From IMG/VR virus record IMGVR_UViG_3300027985_000286, positions 64,001 through 128,000 of that record: DNA of 64,000 bases. One strand, written 5' to 3'. The stretch is from a virus. The notes under the pieces are model-generated. The model did no database searches. It was not told where the DNA came from and was given only the letters and a program-made list of their open reading frames with translations. The number at the start of each line of letters is the position of its first letter. Position 1 is the stretch's first letter. The position numbers and the translations under genes were made by a program. Below are positions 44,717 to 54,045 of this stretch, one piece after another.

Positions 44717-46240
44717 ATGCTTTTTTGTCCAAAGTGCGGAAGTAATAACCTAGCTAAGAGTGGTTTCACACCATCAGGCAAGCAAAGATACCGGTGTAGT
44801 GTATGTCATATAAAGACGTCATCACCTGCAGGCCACGATCATGTTGACGTGGTATTTGATAGAAAGGCCATTAGCAACCATATCAAGAAGAAGTCTGAAG
44901 TTTTTGTAATCACGTCTGCTCAGAACGCTACCCCTGTTAACAGTCCATTCCTGAACTCGTTGTTGTCATTCTGCAACCATAAGAAAGCAAAACTCATGGT
45001 TGTGCCGTACAGGTATAAAAACCCAACCTCAGTGTTTGTGGATAAGGATCACGACTGGTGGGATAGTAGCATTATTCCTTATATCGTTGACGAGAACGTG
45101 TCCGTCACTGATTCTTTGTGGGTGATGGGAGACATCAAAATCCAGCCTACTGCATCAAAACCTCTATCTGGACTCGAGTCCATGACCGGCGTTGAGAGCG
45201 CAGTATTCGGCCATCCTAAGGTTCAGCTTCGTTCTATTGCCACTCAAGCGGGTGAGATGGCAAAGATTATGACTACGACTGGCAGTGTAACCATTCCTAA
45301 TTACACTAACTCTAAGGCGGGCAAGAAAGGACAGCACCATCACTCGTACTCAGCTGTTATAGTTGAGAAGGATGGCGACGAGTTCCACCTTAGGCATGTC
45401 ACTGCAACAAAAGACGGACAGTTCATTGATCTAGAATATGAATACAGACCTGATGGAACGGTTGCTGCCGCACCTCCTGCTCTTGCTCTTGTCATGGGGG
45501 ACATACATGCAGTCTTTATGGAGCCTCTAGTTGATAAGGCAACCTTTGGTACCAAAGGCATCGTTCATGCTCTAAAACCAGAAAAGGTTGTTATGCAAGA
45601 TGTGCTAGACTCGTACGCTGTTTCTCATCACGATAAAAGCGACCCGTTCAAGCGAGTCAAGAAGTTTTATTCTGGTATGTCTAACATTGAAGATGAGATG
45701 AAGAAGACAGTGAAGTACCTGAAGGATAGAGATCACCTTGCTAACATTCACATCATCTCTAGTAACCACCATAATCACCTTAAGCGTTGGCTTATGGAGA
45801 CAGACTGGAGGAATGACCCTGAAAATGCACAGTTCTACCTTCACAGCGCATTAGCTATTGTTGACGGATATCACCAAGGTGTAGATGTCAACCCATTTAA
45901 GATGTGGGTCGAGAAGAGTGGTGTTAAAGCAACATTCCATGGTGATAACGAGGGGTTTCGAGTTGGCAAGTTTGAGTTAGGTTTTCATGGTGATGTTGGC
46001 CCTAACGGCGCCAAAGGTTCCCTGAGTAACTTATCTAAAATTGGCAGAAAGGTGATTATAGGGCACTCTCACTCCCCAGGACGCGAGGATGGCAGTATTC
46101 AGGTTGGTACGTCGTCTAGGCTAGATCTCGACTACGCAAAGGGTCCCAGTTCCTGGATGCACAGCCATGCGGTTATCTACGGAAATGGTAAGCCTACTCT
46201 CATAATGATACTGAGCAACGGAAGATGGAGAAAAGGATGA
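44717..46240 (+). CDS. T5 A1-like metallophosphoesterase/nuclease with an N-terminal Zn ribbon
   Basis: FVITSAQNATP, GDIH, QDVLD..AVSHH, SNHHNHL, FHGD.GPNG.KGS, IGHSHSP, Y.KGPSSW. Confidence 0.78.
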   Translation: MLFCPKCGSNNLAKSGFTPSGKQRYRCSVCHIKTSSPAGHDHVDVVFDRKAISNHIKKKSEVFVITSAQNATPVNSPFLNSLLSFCNHKKAKLMVVPYRYKNPTSVFVDKDHDWWDSSIIPYIVDENVSVTDSLWVMGDIKIQPTASKPLSGLESMTGVESAVFGHPKVQLRSIATQAGEMAKIMTTTGSVTIPNYTNSKAGKKGQHHHSYSAVIVEKDGDEFHLRHVTATKDGQFIDLEYEYRPDGTVAAAPPALALVMGDIHAVFMEPLVDKATFGTKGIVHALKPEKVVMQDVLDSYAVSHHDKSDPFKRVKKFYSGMSNIEDEMKKTVKYLKDRDHLANIHIISSNHHNHLKRWLMETDWRNDPENAQFYLHSALAIVDGYHQGVDVNPFKMWVEKSGVKATFHGDNEGFRVGKFELGFHGDVGPNGAKGSLSNLSKIGRKVIIGHSHSPGREDGSIQVGTSSRLDLDYAKGPSSWMHSHAVIYGNGKPTLIMILSNGRWRKG

Positions 46241-46428
46241 TTGAGGTTTTGGTGTTGATTATATTCTTAAACGGCGGTGCAGTGTACTTTGATGAGTATA
46301 CGCACAACCCAGGTAGGCTGTCTTGCTCTGAACTAGCTAGAGACATTGCAGAGCAGCACATCAGAGTAGAGGACCGAGCTAAAGTCCTCTATACAAATCA
46401 GGTTTGCAAACCTATGGTGACCGCATGA
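46237..46428 (+). CDS. Small protein with hydrophobic N-terminus
   Basis: ATGA overlap with the previous stop; VLVLIIFL. Confidence 0.55.
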   Translation: MIEVLVLIIFLNGGAVYFDEYTHNPGRLSCSELARDIAEQHIRVEDRAKVLYTNQVCKPMVTA

Positions 46429-47333
46429 AACAGTACCAGGATATGCTACGCTACATCTTGAATTCCGGCGTAGACAAGGAAGACCGTACAGGCACAGGAA
46501 CTCGGTCTATCTTTGGACACCAAATGAGGTTTAACCTACAGGAAGGTTTTCCGATTGTTACAACCAAGTTTACCCCGTTTCGTCTTGTTGTGACTGAACT
46601 GCTCTGGTTCCTTAAAGGCAATCCAGACATTAGTTATCTCCACAAGCACAACAACCATATCTGGGATGAGTGGGTAAAGACGGACGGTACGTTTGGACCC
46701 ATCTACGGGAAGCAGTGGCGTTCGTGGCCAGTGTGTGATGGTCAGAATATTGACCAGATTACTAACGTCATTGAGACTCTCAAGAAGAATCCTGACGACC
46801 GACGAATGATCGTGTCTGCATGGAACGTCGCTGACGTAGAGAGTGGTGAGATGGCACTTCCACCATGTCACGTTATGTTCCAGTTCTACAGCGCACCGAT
46901 GAGCATCAGCGAACGAATAAAGATTGGAGACGAAGAAGGCAAGCTCTTTAGCCGATCGTTTTACGACGACCTTCAGCATTCTTTCCTTGATCAGGTTGGC
47001 ATTCCACGCCGCAGGCTTTCCTGCCAGCTCTACCAGCGCAGTTGCGACACGTTCCTGGGTGTGCCATTCAACATTGCGTCTTATGCTTTACTGACCCACA
47101 TGGTTGCTCACTTGACTGATCATGCAGTAGGGGACTTTATCTGGACGGGTGGTGACACACATATCTACAAGAATCATTTTGGCCAAGTGGTTGAGGTTCT
47201 TTCAAGAGACCCTCTTTCCTTGCCTCGACTCGTTATGACGCCCAGGGATAGCATTGATGCCTTTATTCCTGAGGATTTTCGTCTCGATGGGTACGAGCAC
47301 CATCCTGCGATCAAGGCTCCGGTGGCTGTATGA
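46425..47333 (+). CDS. thyA: Thymidylate synthase
   Basis: [53 protein letters not shown]. Confidence 0.97.
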   Translation: MKQYQDMLRYILNSGVDKEDRTGTGTRSIFGHQMRFNLQEGFPIVTTKFTPFRLVVTELLWFLKGNPDISYLHKHNNHIWDEWVKTDGTFGPIYGKQWRSWPVCDGQNIDQITNVIETLKKNPDDRRMIVSAWNVADVESGEMALPPCHVMFQFYSAPMSISERIKIGDEEGKLFSRSFYDDLQHSFLDQVGIPRRRLSCQLYQRSCDTFLGVPFNIASYALLTHMVAHLTDHAVGDFIWTGGDTHIYKNHFGQVVEVLSRDPLSLPRLVMTPRDSIDAFIPEDFRLDGYEHHPAIKAPVAV

Positions 47334-47483
47334 GGGCTTGGAATATCGGTCAGCCTCCGACACCCTGGCCAAAGGATTGGGAACGCAACTGGTGGAAACC
47401 AACATCACGGAAGAGAGATTTGATTAAGGCTGCAAGCTCTCATTATCGCTGAGATTGAGCGGCTCAATAGAACAGAGAGATAA
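47330..47483 (+). pseudogene. Frameshifted remnant of a WP..W..WWKP..RRDL.KA.ALI.AEIER-type phage protein
   Basis: Reads WPKDWERNWWKPTSRKRDLIKAA, then continues ALIIAEIERLNRTER in a shifted frame after an extra A at ~47434. Confidence 0.6.
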
Positions 47484-47494
47484 AACCAAGCTAA

Positions 47495-47526
47495 ACAGCG
47501 GCAACTAACAAAGGAGTTGCCGCTGT
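47495..47526 (+). promoter_or_regulatory. 12-bp perfect hairpin over the RBS and GTG start of the Zn-ribbon/resolvase operon
   Basis: ACAGCGGCAACT-AACAAAGG-AGTTGCCGCTGT. Confidence 0.75.
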
Positions 47527-47677
47527 GGCATATATCAAGTATGAATTTGCTTGTCACGAATGTGACAACGACATTACAATCTTCTTAAAGGATGATGTTG
47601 AAGATGAGCCAACCTTTTGCCCCGTCTGCGGAGTTGCCATTCGATCTAACGAACCTGTCGAGGATGATGGAGAATGA
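47525..47677 (+). CDS. 50-aa zinc-ribbon protein (not in ORF track)
   Basis: MAYIKYEFACHECDNDITIFLKDDVEDEPTFCPVCGVAIRSNEPVEDDGE; AAGGAG RBS; ATGA coupling to the next gene. Confidence 0.8.
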   Translation: MAYIKYEFACHECDNDITIFLKDDVEDEPTFCPVCGVAIRSNEPVEDDGE

Positions 47678-48258
47678 TTCTCGCAGGGTTGGACTATTCA
47701 ATCACTTCTCCGGGGTTGACGATTGTAAATACACAGAAACCTTTAAGGTTCGAGAACATGGAAATGTTCTTCGTGACAACAAAGAAGGCGTTGGTAGGAG
47801 ACTTCAAGAACCTACACGGGTTTCAGTATCCAGAGTGGAAGTGTGCAGAGGAGAGGTACCACAAGTTAGCCCAGATGTACTTCGGCATATTGAAGAGGTT
47901 TGGCGTAGACGTTTTGATGCTGGAAGATTACTCCTACTCCAGCAGCAACCAAACACTCAATCTTGCAGAAGCACTATCGGTGCTGAAACAGTTCATGTGG
48001 GAGTCTGGCTTGAACTATTTCTCTATTCCACCCTCAAAGCTAAAAAAGCAAAGTACCGGGAAGGGAAACGCAGACAAATCTACAATGATCCGCTCGTTCT
48101 ATTCACGTGAGAAGTGCCAAACGTTTAATGAAATACTTGGCATCAAGAGTGAAAAGGTTGACGCTAAGCCTATTGACGACTTGGTGGACTCCGCGTGGCT
48201 GGCCATTGCACTATATGAGTCAGATCTTTGGAAAACAGTTAACAGAGAAGGAAAATAG
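47674..48258 (+). CDS. RuvC-like Holliday junction resolvase
   Basis: ILAGLDYS.TSPG, LEDYSY, P.KLKK..TGKGNADK, DDLVDS. Confidence 0.85.
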   Translation: MILAGLDYSITSPGLTIVNTQKPLRFENMEMFFVTTKKALVGDFKNLHGFQYPEWKCAEERYHKLAQMYFGILKRFGVDVLMLEDYSYSSSNQTLNLAEALSVLKQFMWESGLNYFSIPPSKLKKQSTGKGNADKSTMIRSFYSREKCQTFNEILGIKSEKVDAKPIDDLVDSAWLAIALYESDLWKTVNREGK

Positions 48259-48262
48259 AATA

Positions 48263-48724
48263 GTGACTATCAGAATCCCTACTAGAGTTGCACGGTACGA
48301 TATTTCAGAAATCTTCGATCTGCTGAACTCGGATAAAGTTCAGACAGAAGAGGATGCGCGAATTGTACTATCTTCGTATAAAACACCAGAGCTGATGTGG
48401 TTTCTCCGGACCATGTACGCGCCAGACGTCAAGTGGAAGTTTGGAACCACTCTACCCAGATGGAAGCCATCTACCCATATTCGCGGTAACACCTATTCGA
48501 CCTTGTTCCACCAGTTGTCTAGGTTTGAGAGTCTAATTGTTGGGCAGGGAACAGAGATGACAGATAAGAAGGCTAGAGAAGTCTTCTTGAATGCAATGGA
48601 GGTGATCCATGCTGACGAGGCTCGTTGGGTGGGTCATCTGGTTAGAGGTAACGCTGAGAAAAAGATTAAGTTCATGTCTAGAGACCTTGTTAACAGAACG
48701 TTTGTAGGACTTATCAAGACTTGA
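48263..48724 (+). CDS. Conserved hypothetical protein of T4-like phages
   Basis: ISEIF, Y.P.VKW...P.WKP, REVFL..MEV.H..EA. Confidence 0.7.
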   Translation: MTIRIPTRVARYDISEIFDLLNSDKVQTEEDARIVLSSYKTPELMWFLRTMYAPDVKWKFGTTLPRWKPSTHIRGNTYSTLFHQLSRFESLIVGQGTEMTDKKAREVFLNAMEVIHADEARWVGHLVRGNAEKKIKFMSRDLVNRTFVGLIKT

Positions 48725-48780
48725 CTTTGTGTGAGTTTTGTGTAATCATACGATATATGCAATGAACAGGAGGTAGGTCT

Positions 48781-50166
48781 GTGCAAATTAACGAGTATTG
48801 CAGAAACAAGTTCTCTGAGATTGAGAACACTTCTTCGAGGTTGGCTAAAGAGGCAATCATCAAAGAAGTGATGGAGAACCACAGTAAGGAGAGCCAGGTC
48901 TTCCTCGAGCTGGTTCGCCTCTCCCTAGACCCTACGATCACGTTTAACACCAAAACGATGCCTGAGGGGTTTGGGATTACGGCAAACCATGCAGTAGTCA
49001 GCGCAATGTCGTTTGACGAGGTTGCTGACAAGCTTGTGACGCTGTCCTCTCTTCGTGGTGCAGACAATGCTCGACTGCTGTCTGCTATCCTGTTCAGTCT
49101 TTGCGTTGAGGATGCCTTTATCATTTCCAGGGTAGTAATGAAGGCCCCTCGAATTGGCGCAACAGCAACCACCTTCAACAAGTTCCGTCCAGGGTTCATC
49201 TACCAACACCCGTATATGCGGTGCTCAAGCTTCGACTCTAAAATCATAGGAAAAAGTATCACTCTTCCTGCTTACAGTCAGCTCAAGGCAGATGGTAGAT
49301 ACAACGACACTGTCATCAACAACGGTACAGTGACCTTCAGAGGCAGAAGCGGCCTGTTTGTTGATATTGTAAAAGGCAGTAAGATCCTTACTGTGCTCGA
49401 GTCCATCGCCAGCGGGTTATCTGTTGTTCTTATGGGCGAGATGATCGCCCTAGACGAGAATGGTCAGGAGTACCCAAGAGAGAAATCCAATGGCATGCTG
49501 AACAGTGATGAGATTGTCACTGAACTAGCGTACCATGATCGTATTCGATTCTATCTTTGGGATTGCGTTCCGTACTACGATTGGAGCAAAGGTCGTTGCG
49601 AAATCCCATACAAGGAACGCTTCTCTACTTTGCAAAAGATTGTATCTGGACTGGACGACAACATCCGAGTCGTAGATACCAGATTCTGCGTGGAGGTTGA
49701 GGATCTTATTGATCACTTCACGTCCAAGATTAAGGCAGGACTGGAGGGCACCGTTGTAAAGGACCAGAACCTAATCTGGGAAGACGGCACCTCCAAGAAG
49801 CAGATGAAGATGAAGGTTGAGTTCGTGGTTGAGCTGGAAATCATGGAGGTGAAAGAGGGAAAGGGTAAGTTCAAAGATATGGCCGGGTCCCTTTTGTGCA
49901 AGACATCTGATGGCCTCCTTGAAGTGGGTGTATCCGGGATGACCGATAAGGTGAGAAAGGATTTCTGGGAGAGTAAGCTAACGTCTCCAGGCAGGGTGAT
50001 AAGTGTGCGTGCAAATGGTATTACTAACGCCGGCGATACGTATAGCCTTTACCTTCCACGGTTTAATGGTGAGCGCGATGATAAGCTCGTCGCTGATGAT
50101 CTCCCAAGGGTTAAGGAGCAGTTTGCAGCCTTTGTCAACACGGTCAAAGTCGCGTTCGGAGTGTAG
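48781..50166 (+). CDS. gp30: ATP-dependent DNA ligase gp30
   Basis: QLKADGR (motif I), VLMGE, LWD, EGTVVK, K.K, SL.LPRF..R.DK. Confidence 0.95.
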   Translation: MQINEYCRNKFSEIENTSSRLAKEAIIKEVMENHSKESQVFLELVRLSLDPTITFNTKTMPEGFGITANHAVVSAMSFDEVADKLVTLSSLRGADNARLLSAILFSLCVEDAFIISRVVMKAPRIGATATTFNKFRPGFIYQHPYMRCSSFDSKIIGKSITLPAYSQLKADGRYNDTVINNGTVTFRGRSGLFVDIVKGSKILTVLESIASGLSVVLMGEMIALDENGQEYPREKSNGMLNSDEIVTELAYHDRIRFYLWDCVPYYDWSKGRCEIPYKERFSTLQKIVSGLDDNIRVVDTRFCVEVEDLIDHFTSKIKAGLEGTVVKDQNLIWEDGTSKKQMKMKVEFVVELEIMEVKEGKGKFKDMAGSLLCKTSDGLLEVGVSGMTDKVRKDFWESKLTSPGRVISVRANGITNAGDTYSLYLPRFNGERDDKLVADDLPRVKEQFAAFVNTVKVAFGV

Positions 50167-50173
50167 CAAGAAG

Positions 50174-50356
50174 ATGGATTTTAGTCTTCTACCATACAAT
50201 ACGGATAGGGTGTACGTGATTGGTGTCGACAAGTCTGGCACTAAGGTATATGTGCCTATTCGCGATTTGGGTACAGTGTACCAACAAAGTGCCAGGGAAG
50301 AGCTTCAAGAGTATTTGGACACACAACCTGCTCCGGCCAGAGTAAGGAAGAAGTAG
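50174..50356 (+). CDS. Hypothetical protein
   Basis: ATG 50174; packs between the ligase and FmdB-family genes. Confidence 0.55.
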   Translation: MDFSLLPYNTDRVYVIGVDKSGTKVYVPIRDLGTVYQQSAREELQEYLDTQPAPARVRKK

Positions 50357-50617
50357 ATGCCTCTGTACGATTACAAGTGTAAAAGCTGTGAGCACGAGTT
50401 CTCACAATGGCTCAAGTCTCAGGAAAACAAGCTGCCAGAATCTATGCCATGCCCTCAGTGCGGTGAGTCTGAGGTACAACAGGTTCTCGGGGCTACGGCA
50501 ATGTCTTACAGAGGTGCTACTAAGACCGTTAGTGATGATTTCAACTACCGCGTTAAGGAGATGAAGAAGAGGTACGGTAAATCGGAGACGCAGCTGGATG
50601 GAATCACAAAGAATTGA
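50357..50617 (+). CDS. FmdB-family zinc-ribbon protein
   Basis: MPLYDYKCKSCEHEF.....CPQCG. Confidence 0.88.
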   Translation: MPLYDYKCKSCEHEFSQWLKSQENKLPESMPCPQCGESEVQQVLGATAMSYRGATKTVSDDFNYRVKEMKKRYGKSETQLDGITKN

Positions 50618-50900
50618 CTTTGATGTGCTTTCCAAGCAGCAAAGCCAGAAGAGCCTGAAACTGTTTTTGGTTGAAGGTCTTAGACGGTTTATCTCTTCCG
50701 TGCACAGCAAAGTAGACCGCATGACATTGGATGACTTCTACGTTTCAATAATGGATTCTGTGGGAGAGACTATAGGTCTTAGGGTAGTAGGTAAAGTCAA
50801 CGAGTACATGGAAGCTAATGATCTTGTGACTGCCAAGGATGCGCTCAGATCTTTGAATAAGTTTGTGCTGGATTTTGAAAAAGAGGTTCCTACCATTTAA
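50598..50900 (+). CDS. Hypothetical protein
   Basis: GGAG RBS; overlaps the previous gene. Confidence 0.6.
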   Translation: MESQRIDFDVLSKQQSQKSLKLFLVEGLRRFISSVHSKVDRMTLDDFYVSIMDSVGETIGLRVVGKVNEYMEANDLVTAKDALRSLNKFVLDFEKEVPTI

Positions 50901-50903
50901 GTC

Positions 50904-50932
50904 TTGCAAGTACCAGTTTTAGGTGTTAAAAT
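50904..50932 (+). promoter_or_regulatory. Sigma70-like promoter
   Basis: TTGCAA-N17-TAAAAT with TG extension. Confidence 0.65.
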
Positions 50933-50999
50933 TAGCTATTGCTGAGCTCTTTTATAAAATGAAAGGTCAAAACAATGAACAAACAAGGAGTGAGCTCAA

Positions 51000-51524
51000 T
51001 TGGAAAAAGCACTTGTTACCGTTCGAGCGAGGTTGGTTTTACTAGAAGCTGATAGAATTTGGCAAGATGTTTTGGGTGGTAGTACCTTTTCCAGACAAGC
51101 AAAAATTGAGTTTTTTAGAGATTCGCCCTTCTCTGGGATAGCGTACCCTTGGGACATGAAGGTGAGCTTCAACCTCGATTACGTCGAGTGTTATGGCATC
51201 AAAGCCTTCAATGACACCATTATCCACGAGATTTCCCACCTTGTAGCTGAAACCATCTACGGTGATTCTATCACCGACCATCATGGAAAGGAGTTTGTTG
51301 ACTGCTGCACTAAGCTAGGAGGTACGGGTGTGGCTCATCACACCTTTGACATCCAGACTTCTTTGAATCGAAAGGCTTTTAAGAAGCACTACACTTCACT
51401 ATCCTGTCCTCATTGCAGAAGCAAAACCTTCATCCGTAGTAGCGATGCCAGGAGAGTCCTTTACAATGGTTGCCTTGTGTCTTGCCAGCATTGCGGTGTG
51501 AACTTTACGTACCAACAGAGGTAA
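51000..51524 (+). CDS. SprT-like zinc metalloprotease
   Basis: DTIIHEISHL, HGKEF, C-terminal CPHC..CQHC. Confidence 0.82.
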   Translation: MEKALVTVRARLVLLEADRIWQDVLGGSTFSRQAKIEFFRDSPFSGIAYPWDMKVSFNLDYVECYGIKAFNDTIIHEISHLVAETIYGDSITDHHGKEFVDCCTKLGGTGVAHHTFDIQTSLNRKAFKKHYTSLSCPHCRSKTFIRSSDARRVLYNGCLVSCQHCGVNFTYQQR

Positions 51525-51526
51525 CC

Positions 51527-52027
51527 ATGTTTAATCTATACACCAAGCTTGACCGTTTCTTTAGCTCTGTGAAAGGCATGATAGATAGCCACCAGTCCCT
51601 TAGAGAAGAGTACGACCAGAAAACGATAAAGGGTATGGGTGGTTACTCCTACGTGAACAGAGTCTGCACGCTGGGGTTTCAAGTACCAAGGTCTCTTGGT
51701 ACAACAACGTTCCTAAAAAATCTAATTAACTCGAATTACTTTGGTGACCGTGAGGTGTTTGTTTCACCTCATAATGATCAAAGGTACGATAGGATGTTTC
51801 ATAACCAGGACGTCCTATGGAAGAAAAGCAAAGGTCCTTCCTTCAACGTTGAATCGTGGTTTAGCGGCAAGCGATTTGAAAAGGGTGTTGTGTTCATTTT
51901 CACTGAATACAACCCTCAGCATGTAGAAGCACATCGTAAGTCTCAAATCGATTCTATTCTTATTCAGCTAGGAAGACTTGCTGATAGCGGTATGAAAGAC
52001 ATTACTGTTCTTTTCTTTTCAAGTTGA
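51527..52027 (+). CDS. Hypothetical protein with a degenerate P-loop-like motif
   Basis: PRSLGTTTF; GAGGT RBS before ATG 51527. Confidence 0.6.
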   Translation: MFNLYTKLDRFFSSVKGMIDSHQSLREEYDQKTIKGMGGYSYVNRVCTLGFQVPRSLGTTTFLKNLINSNYFGDREVFVSPHNDQRYDRMFHNQDVLWKKSKGPSFNVESWFSGKRFEKGVVFIFTEYNPQHVEAHRKSQIDSILIQLGRLADSGMKDITVLFFSS

Positions 52028-52034
52028 GGCAATC

Positions 52035-52985
52035 ATGGATATTCGTTACGGTAGAAAGCGTTCTGGCATTCGTAGAGAAGTTCAGGCAAAGGTTAATGAC
52101 TGGCTAGAGTCTATCAAAGATGAGGATCTGCGCGAGGCTGCAGAGAAGGATGTGATTGTGACTGGTGGCGCAATTGCTTCCATGCTCTTAGGTGAGCGCG
52201 TTAATGACTGGGATTTCTACTTTCGTACCAGGGAAACGACAAGGGCAGTTGCTGACTACTATGTCAATATGTTCAATGAGGCCCATAAGCTAGAGGTCAG
52301 CAAGGGAGTTAAGAACTGTCAGCCTCTTGTTAGAGAAGAGGATATTAAGAACATCCGCGGAGAATCAGAAAGGCGAGTTGTAATCTTCATTCAGTCTGCA
52401 GGTGTTGCCTCAGAGACACAAGAAACATACTCCTACTTTGAAGGTATGGGCGTTAACGATGCAATGGACTTTGCAGAGACCGCAATCAAAGAGCGGGAAG
52501 AAGAGGAGAAGGGAGAGAAGTATCGCCCGGTATTCATGTCTCAGAACGCTATTACACTGAGCAACAAGGTTCAGCTAGTTACCCGGTTCTACGGAGAGCC
52601 AGAAAAGATTCATGATAACTACGACTTCATCCACGCAACCAGTTATTGGGACCACGCCAAGAAAGAACTTGTGATTCCTGCTGCTGCGATGGAGTCACTT
52701 CTCAGTAGAACTCTAGTGTACCGAGGTAGTCTCTACCCTGTTGCTAGCATCTTTCGAGTCAAGAAGTTCATTGAGCGGGGATGGAGAATTACTGCAGGCC
52801 AACAGCTCAAGATCATGTGGCAGATTAGTGAGATTGATCTATCTGATTATGATGTCATGAGAGAACAGCTTACGGGAGTTGATATGGCCTATATGTGGCA
52901 GTTGATTGAAGCTCTAAAGGGAGTTGAACCAGACAAAGTCAACTCTTCGTACATTGGGGCAATCATCGATAAGATATTCGATTGA
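52035..52985 (+). CDS. Nucleotidyltransferase (Pol-beta superfamily, GG...DxD)
   Basis: IVTGGAIASMLLGERVNDWDFYF; NAITLS..VQL..RF; YDF.H. Confidence 0.72.
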   Translation: MDIRYGRKRSGIRREVQAKVNDWLESIKDEDLREAAEKDVIVTGGAIASMLLGERVNDWDFYFRTRETTRAVADYYVNMFNEAHKLEVSKGVKNCQPLVREEDIKNIRGESERRVVIFIQSAGVASETQETYSYFEGMGVNDAMDFAETAIKEREEEEKGEKYRPVFMSQNAITLSNKVQLVTRFYGEPEKIHDNYDFIHATSYWDHAKKELVIPAAAMESLLSRTLVYRGSLYPVASIFRVKKFIERGWRITAGQQLKIMWQISEIDLSDYDVMREQLTGVDMAYMWQLIEALKGVEPDKVNSSYIGAIIDKIFD

Positions 52986-52997
52986 GCACAGCCTGGT

Positions 52998-53252
52998 ATG
53001 GACAGAGATCTGCAAGCGTTGATCAACCAAACGATCTTTGAGAACGAAGAGCTCAAAAAGGATAAGCACAACCTTGAGTTAAAGGTGCGTGGTTTACAGA
53101 AGAGTCTTGCTAGGGCGTGGTTTTATGCCCTAGAAGATATAATAGATGATATGGAGAAGGATTTGGCTTTCAGAGAAGAACTACGCCCTTTAGTCGAGAA
53201 GATTGTAGAGTTTGAGCACAGCAAGATAAAGGTTGAGCGGTGTTTTTTGTGA
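52998..53252 (+). CDS. Hypothetical coiled-coil protein
   Basis: Gene packing. Confidence 0.55.
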   Translation: MDRDLQALINQTIFENEELKKDKHNLELKVRGLQKSLARAWFYALEDIIDDMEKDLAFREELRPLVEKIVEFEHSKIKVERCFL

Positions 53253-53259
53253 CGATGTC

Positions 53260-53288
53260 TTGAAGTCTACTCGTGTCGGTGCTAAGCT
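53260..53288 (+). promoter_or_regulatory. Early sigma70-like promoter
   Basis: TTGAAG-N17-TAAGCT; the spacer ends in GGTGC as in the promoters at 34322 and 36479. Confidence 0.6.
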
Positions 53289-53316
53289 ATAGACACACTA
53301 ACAAGGGTACTACACT

Positions 53317-53583
53317 ATGTCACGCAGAACTAACAAACAGATCCTCAAGCACGTTTGCCGTGTTACCCTTATCATGGACTTCAGCAACTACACTCTCTTG
53401 GATTGGATGGATGATGAAGACGTCCAGAAGATGCACAAGATGAAGGACGAGGGGCTGATCCAGTACGTTGAAGGTAAGGGTTGGCGAGCAACTGCTGGTG
53501 GGCTAGTTCGGTGTTACCCGATGATGAGCACAGACCTTCTCAAGGTTTACATTGAGGCAGATGAACGGAACGGGGTGGCTTGA
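53317..53583 (+). CDS. Hypothetical early protein
   Basis: Promoter upstream, terminator downstream. Confidence 0.7.
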   Translation: MSRRTNKQILKHVCRVTLIMDFSNYTLLDWMDDEDVQKMHKMKDEGLIQYVEGKGWRATAGGLVRCYPMMSTDLLKVYIEADERNGVA

Positions 53584-53599
53584 CCACCCCCTTTCTTTT
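53572..53599 (+). terminator. Rho-independent terminator
   Basis: GGGGTGG-CTTGA-CCACCCC followed by CTTTCTTTT. Confidence 0.7.
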
Positions 53600-53645
53600 C
53601 TGTTACAGTAAACCACGACATTACAAGTAATCTTGGAGGTTGACG

Positions 53646-54029
53646 ATGGACACCATCGTATACATTGCTATCGACAAGCTCTACACTGCTGATGACTTCA
53701 ACGTTGGTGACGAGGTTGTTTTGGCGTATCTCTTTCCTGGTAACGTGAAAGGCGAGTACACTTTCAACCCTTTGGCTCATAACAGAAAGGTTTTCCCTGA
53801 CCACGAATGCAGGGGTAAGATAATTAAGAAGATTGGTGACCGTGTTCACGTGGATAGTGACGACTACCCTATCACGGTTGGTCATACCTGTGGAAAGTTT
53901 GATTTCAGCCCGTTTATTGCAGCGTTTCCGGTGGACGTTGCAAAAGAGACCTACCGCAAGTTCTTGGAGGCTCAGCCTAATTCCTATGTAAAGCGAGAGC
54001 TTATTGATACCTGCGTCAATGGACTGTAA
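53646..54029 (+). CDS. Hypothetical protein
   Basis: GGAGGT RBS. Confidence 0.7.
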   Translation: MDTIVYIAIDKLYTADDFNVGDEVVLAYLFPGNVKGEYTFNPLAHNRKVFPDHECRGKIIKKIGDRVHVDSDDYPITVGHTCGKFDFSPFIAAFPVDVAKETYRKFLEAQPNSYVKRELIDTCVNGL

Positions 54030-54045
54030 AGGAGACCCATCAGAT

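Noticed and set aside
44717-44820. IS1 InsA-like zinc finger suggesting an insertion sequence
   Set aside because: No InsB transposase, terminal inverted repeats or target duplication; the motif is fused in frame to a phosphoesterase
46425-47333. thyA as a base-modifying hydroxymethylase, or as intron/intein-containing because of a ~35-aa insertion
   Set aside because: It keeps the dUMP-specifying Asn (PFNIASY), the frame is continuous, and the insert has no intein motifs
47592-48110. 172-aa plus-strand ORF overlapping the resolvase
   Set aside because: Alternate frame over the Zn-ribbon and RuvC-like genes, which have clear motifs and translational coupling
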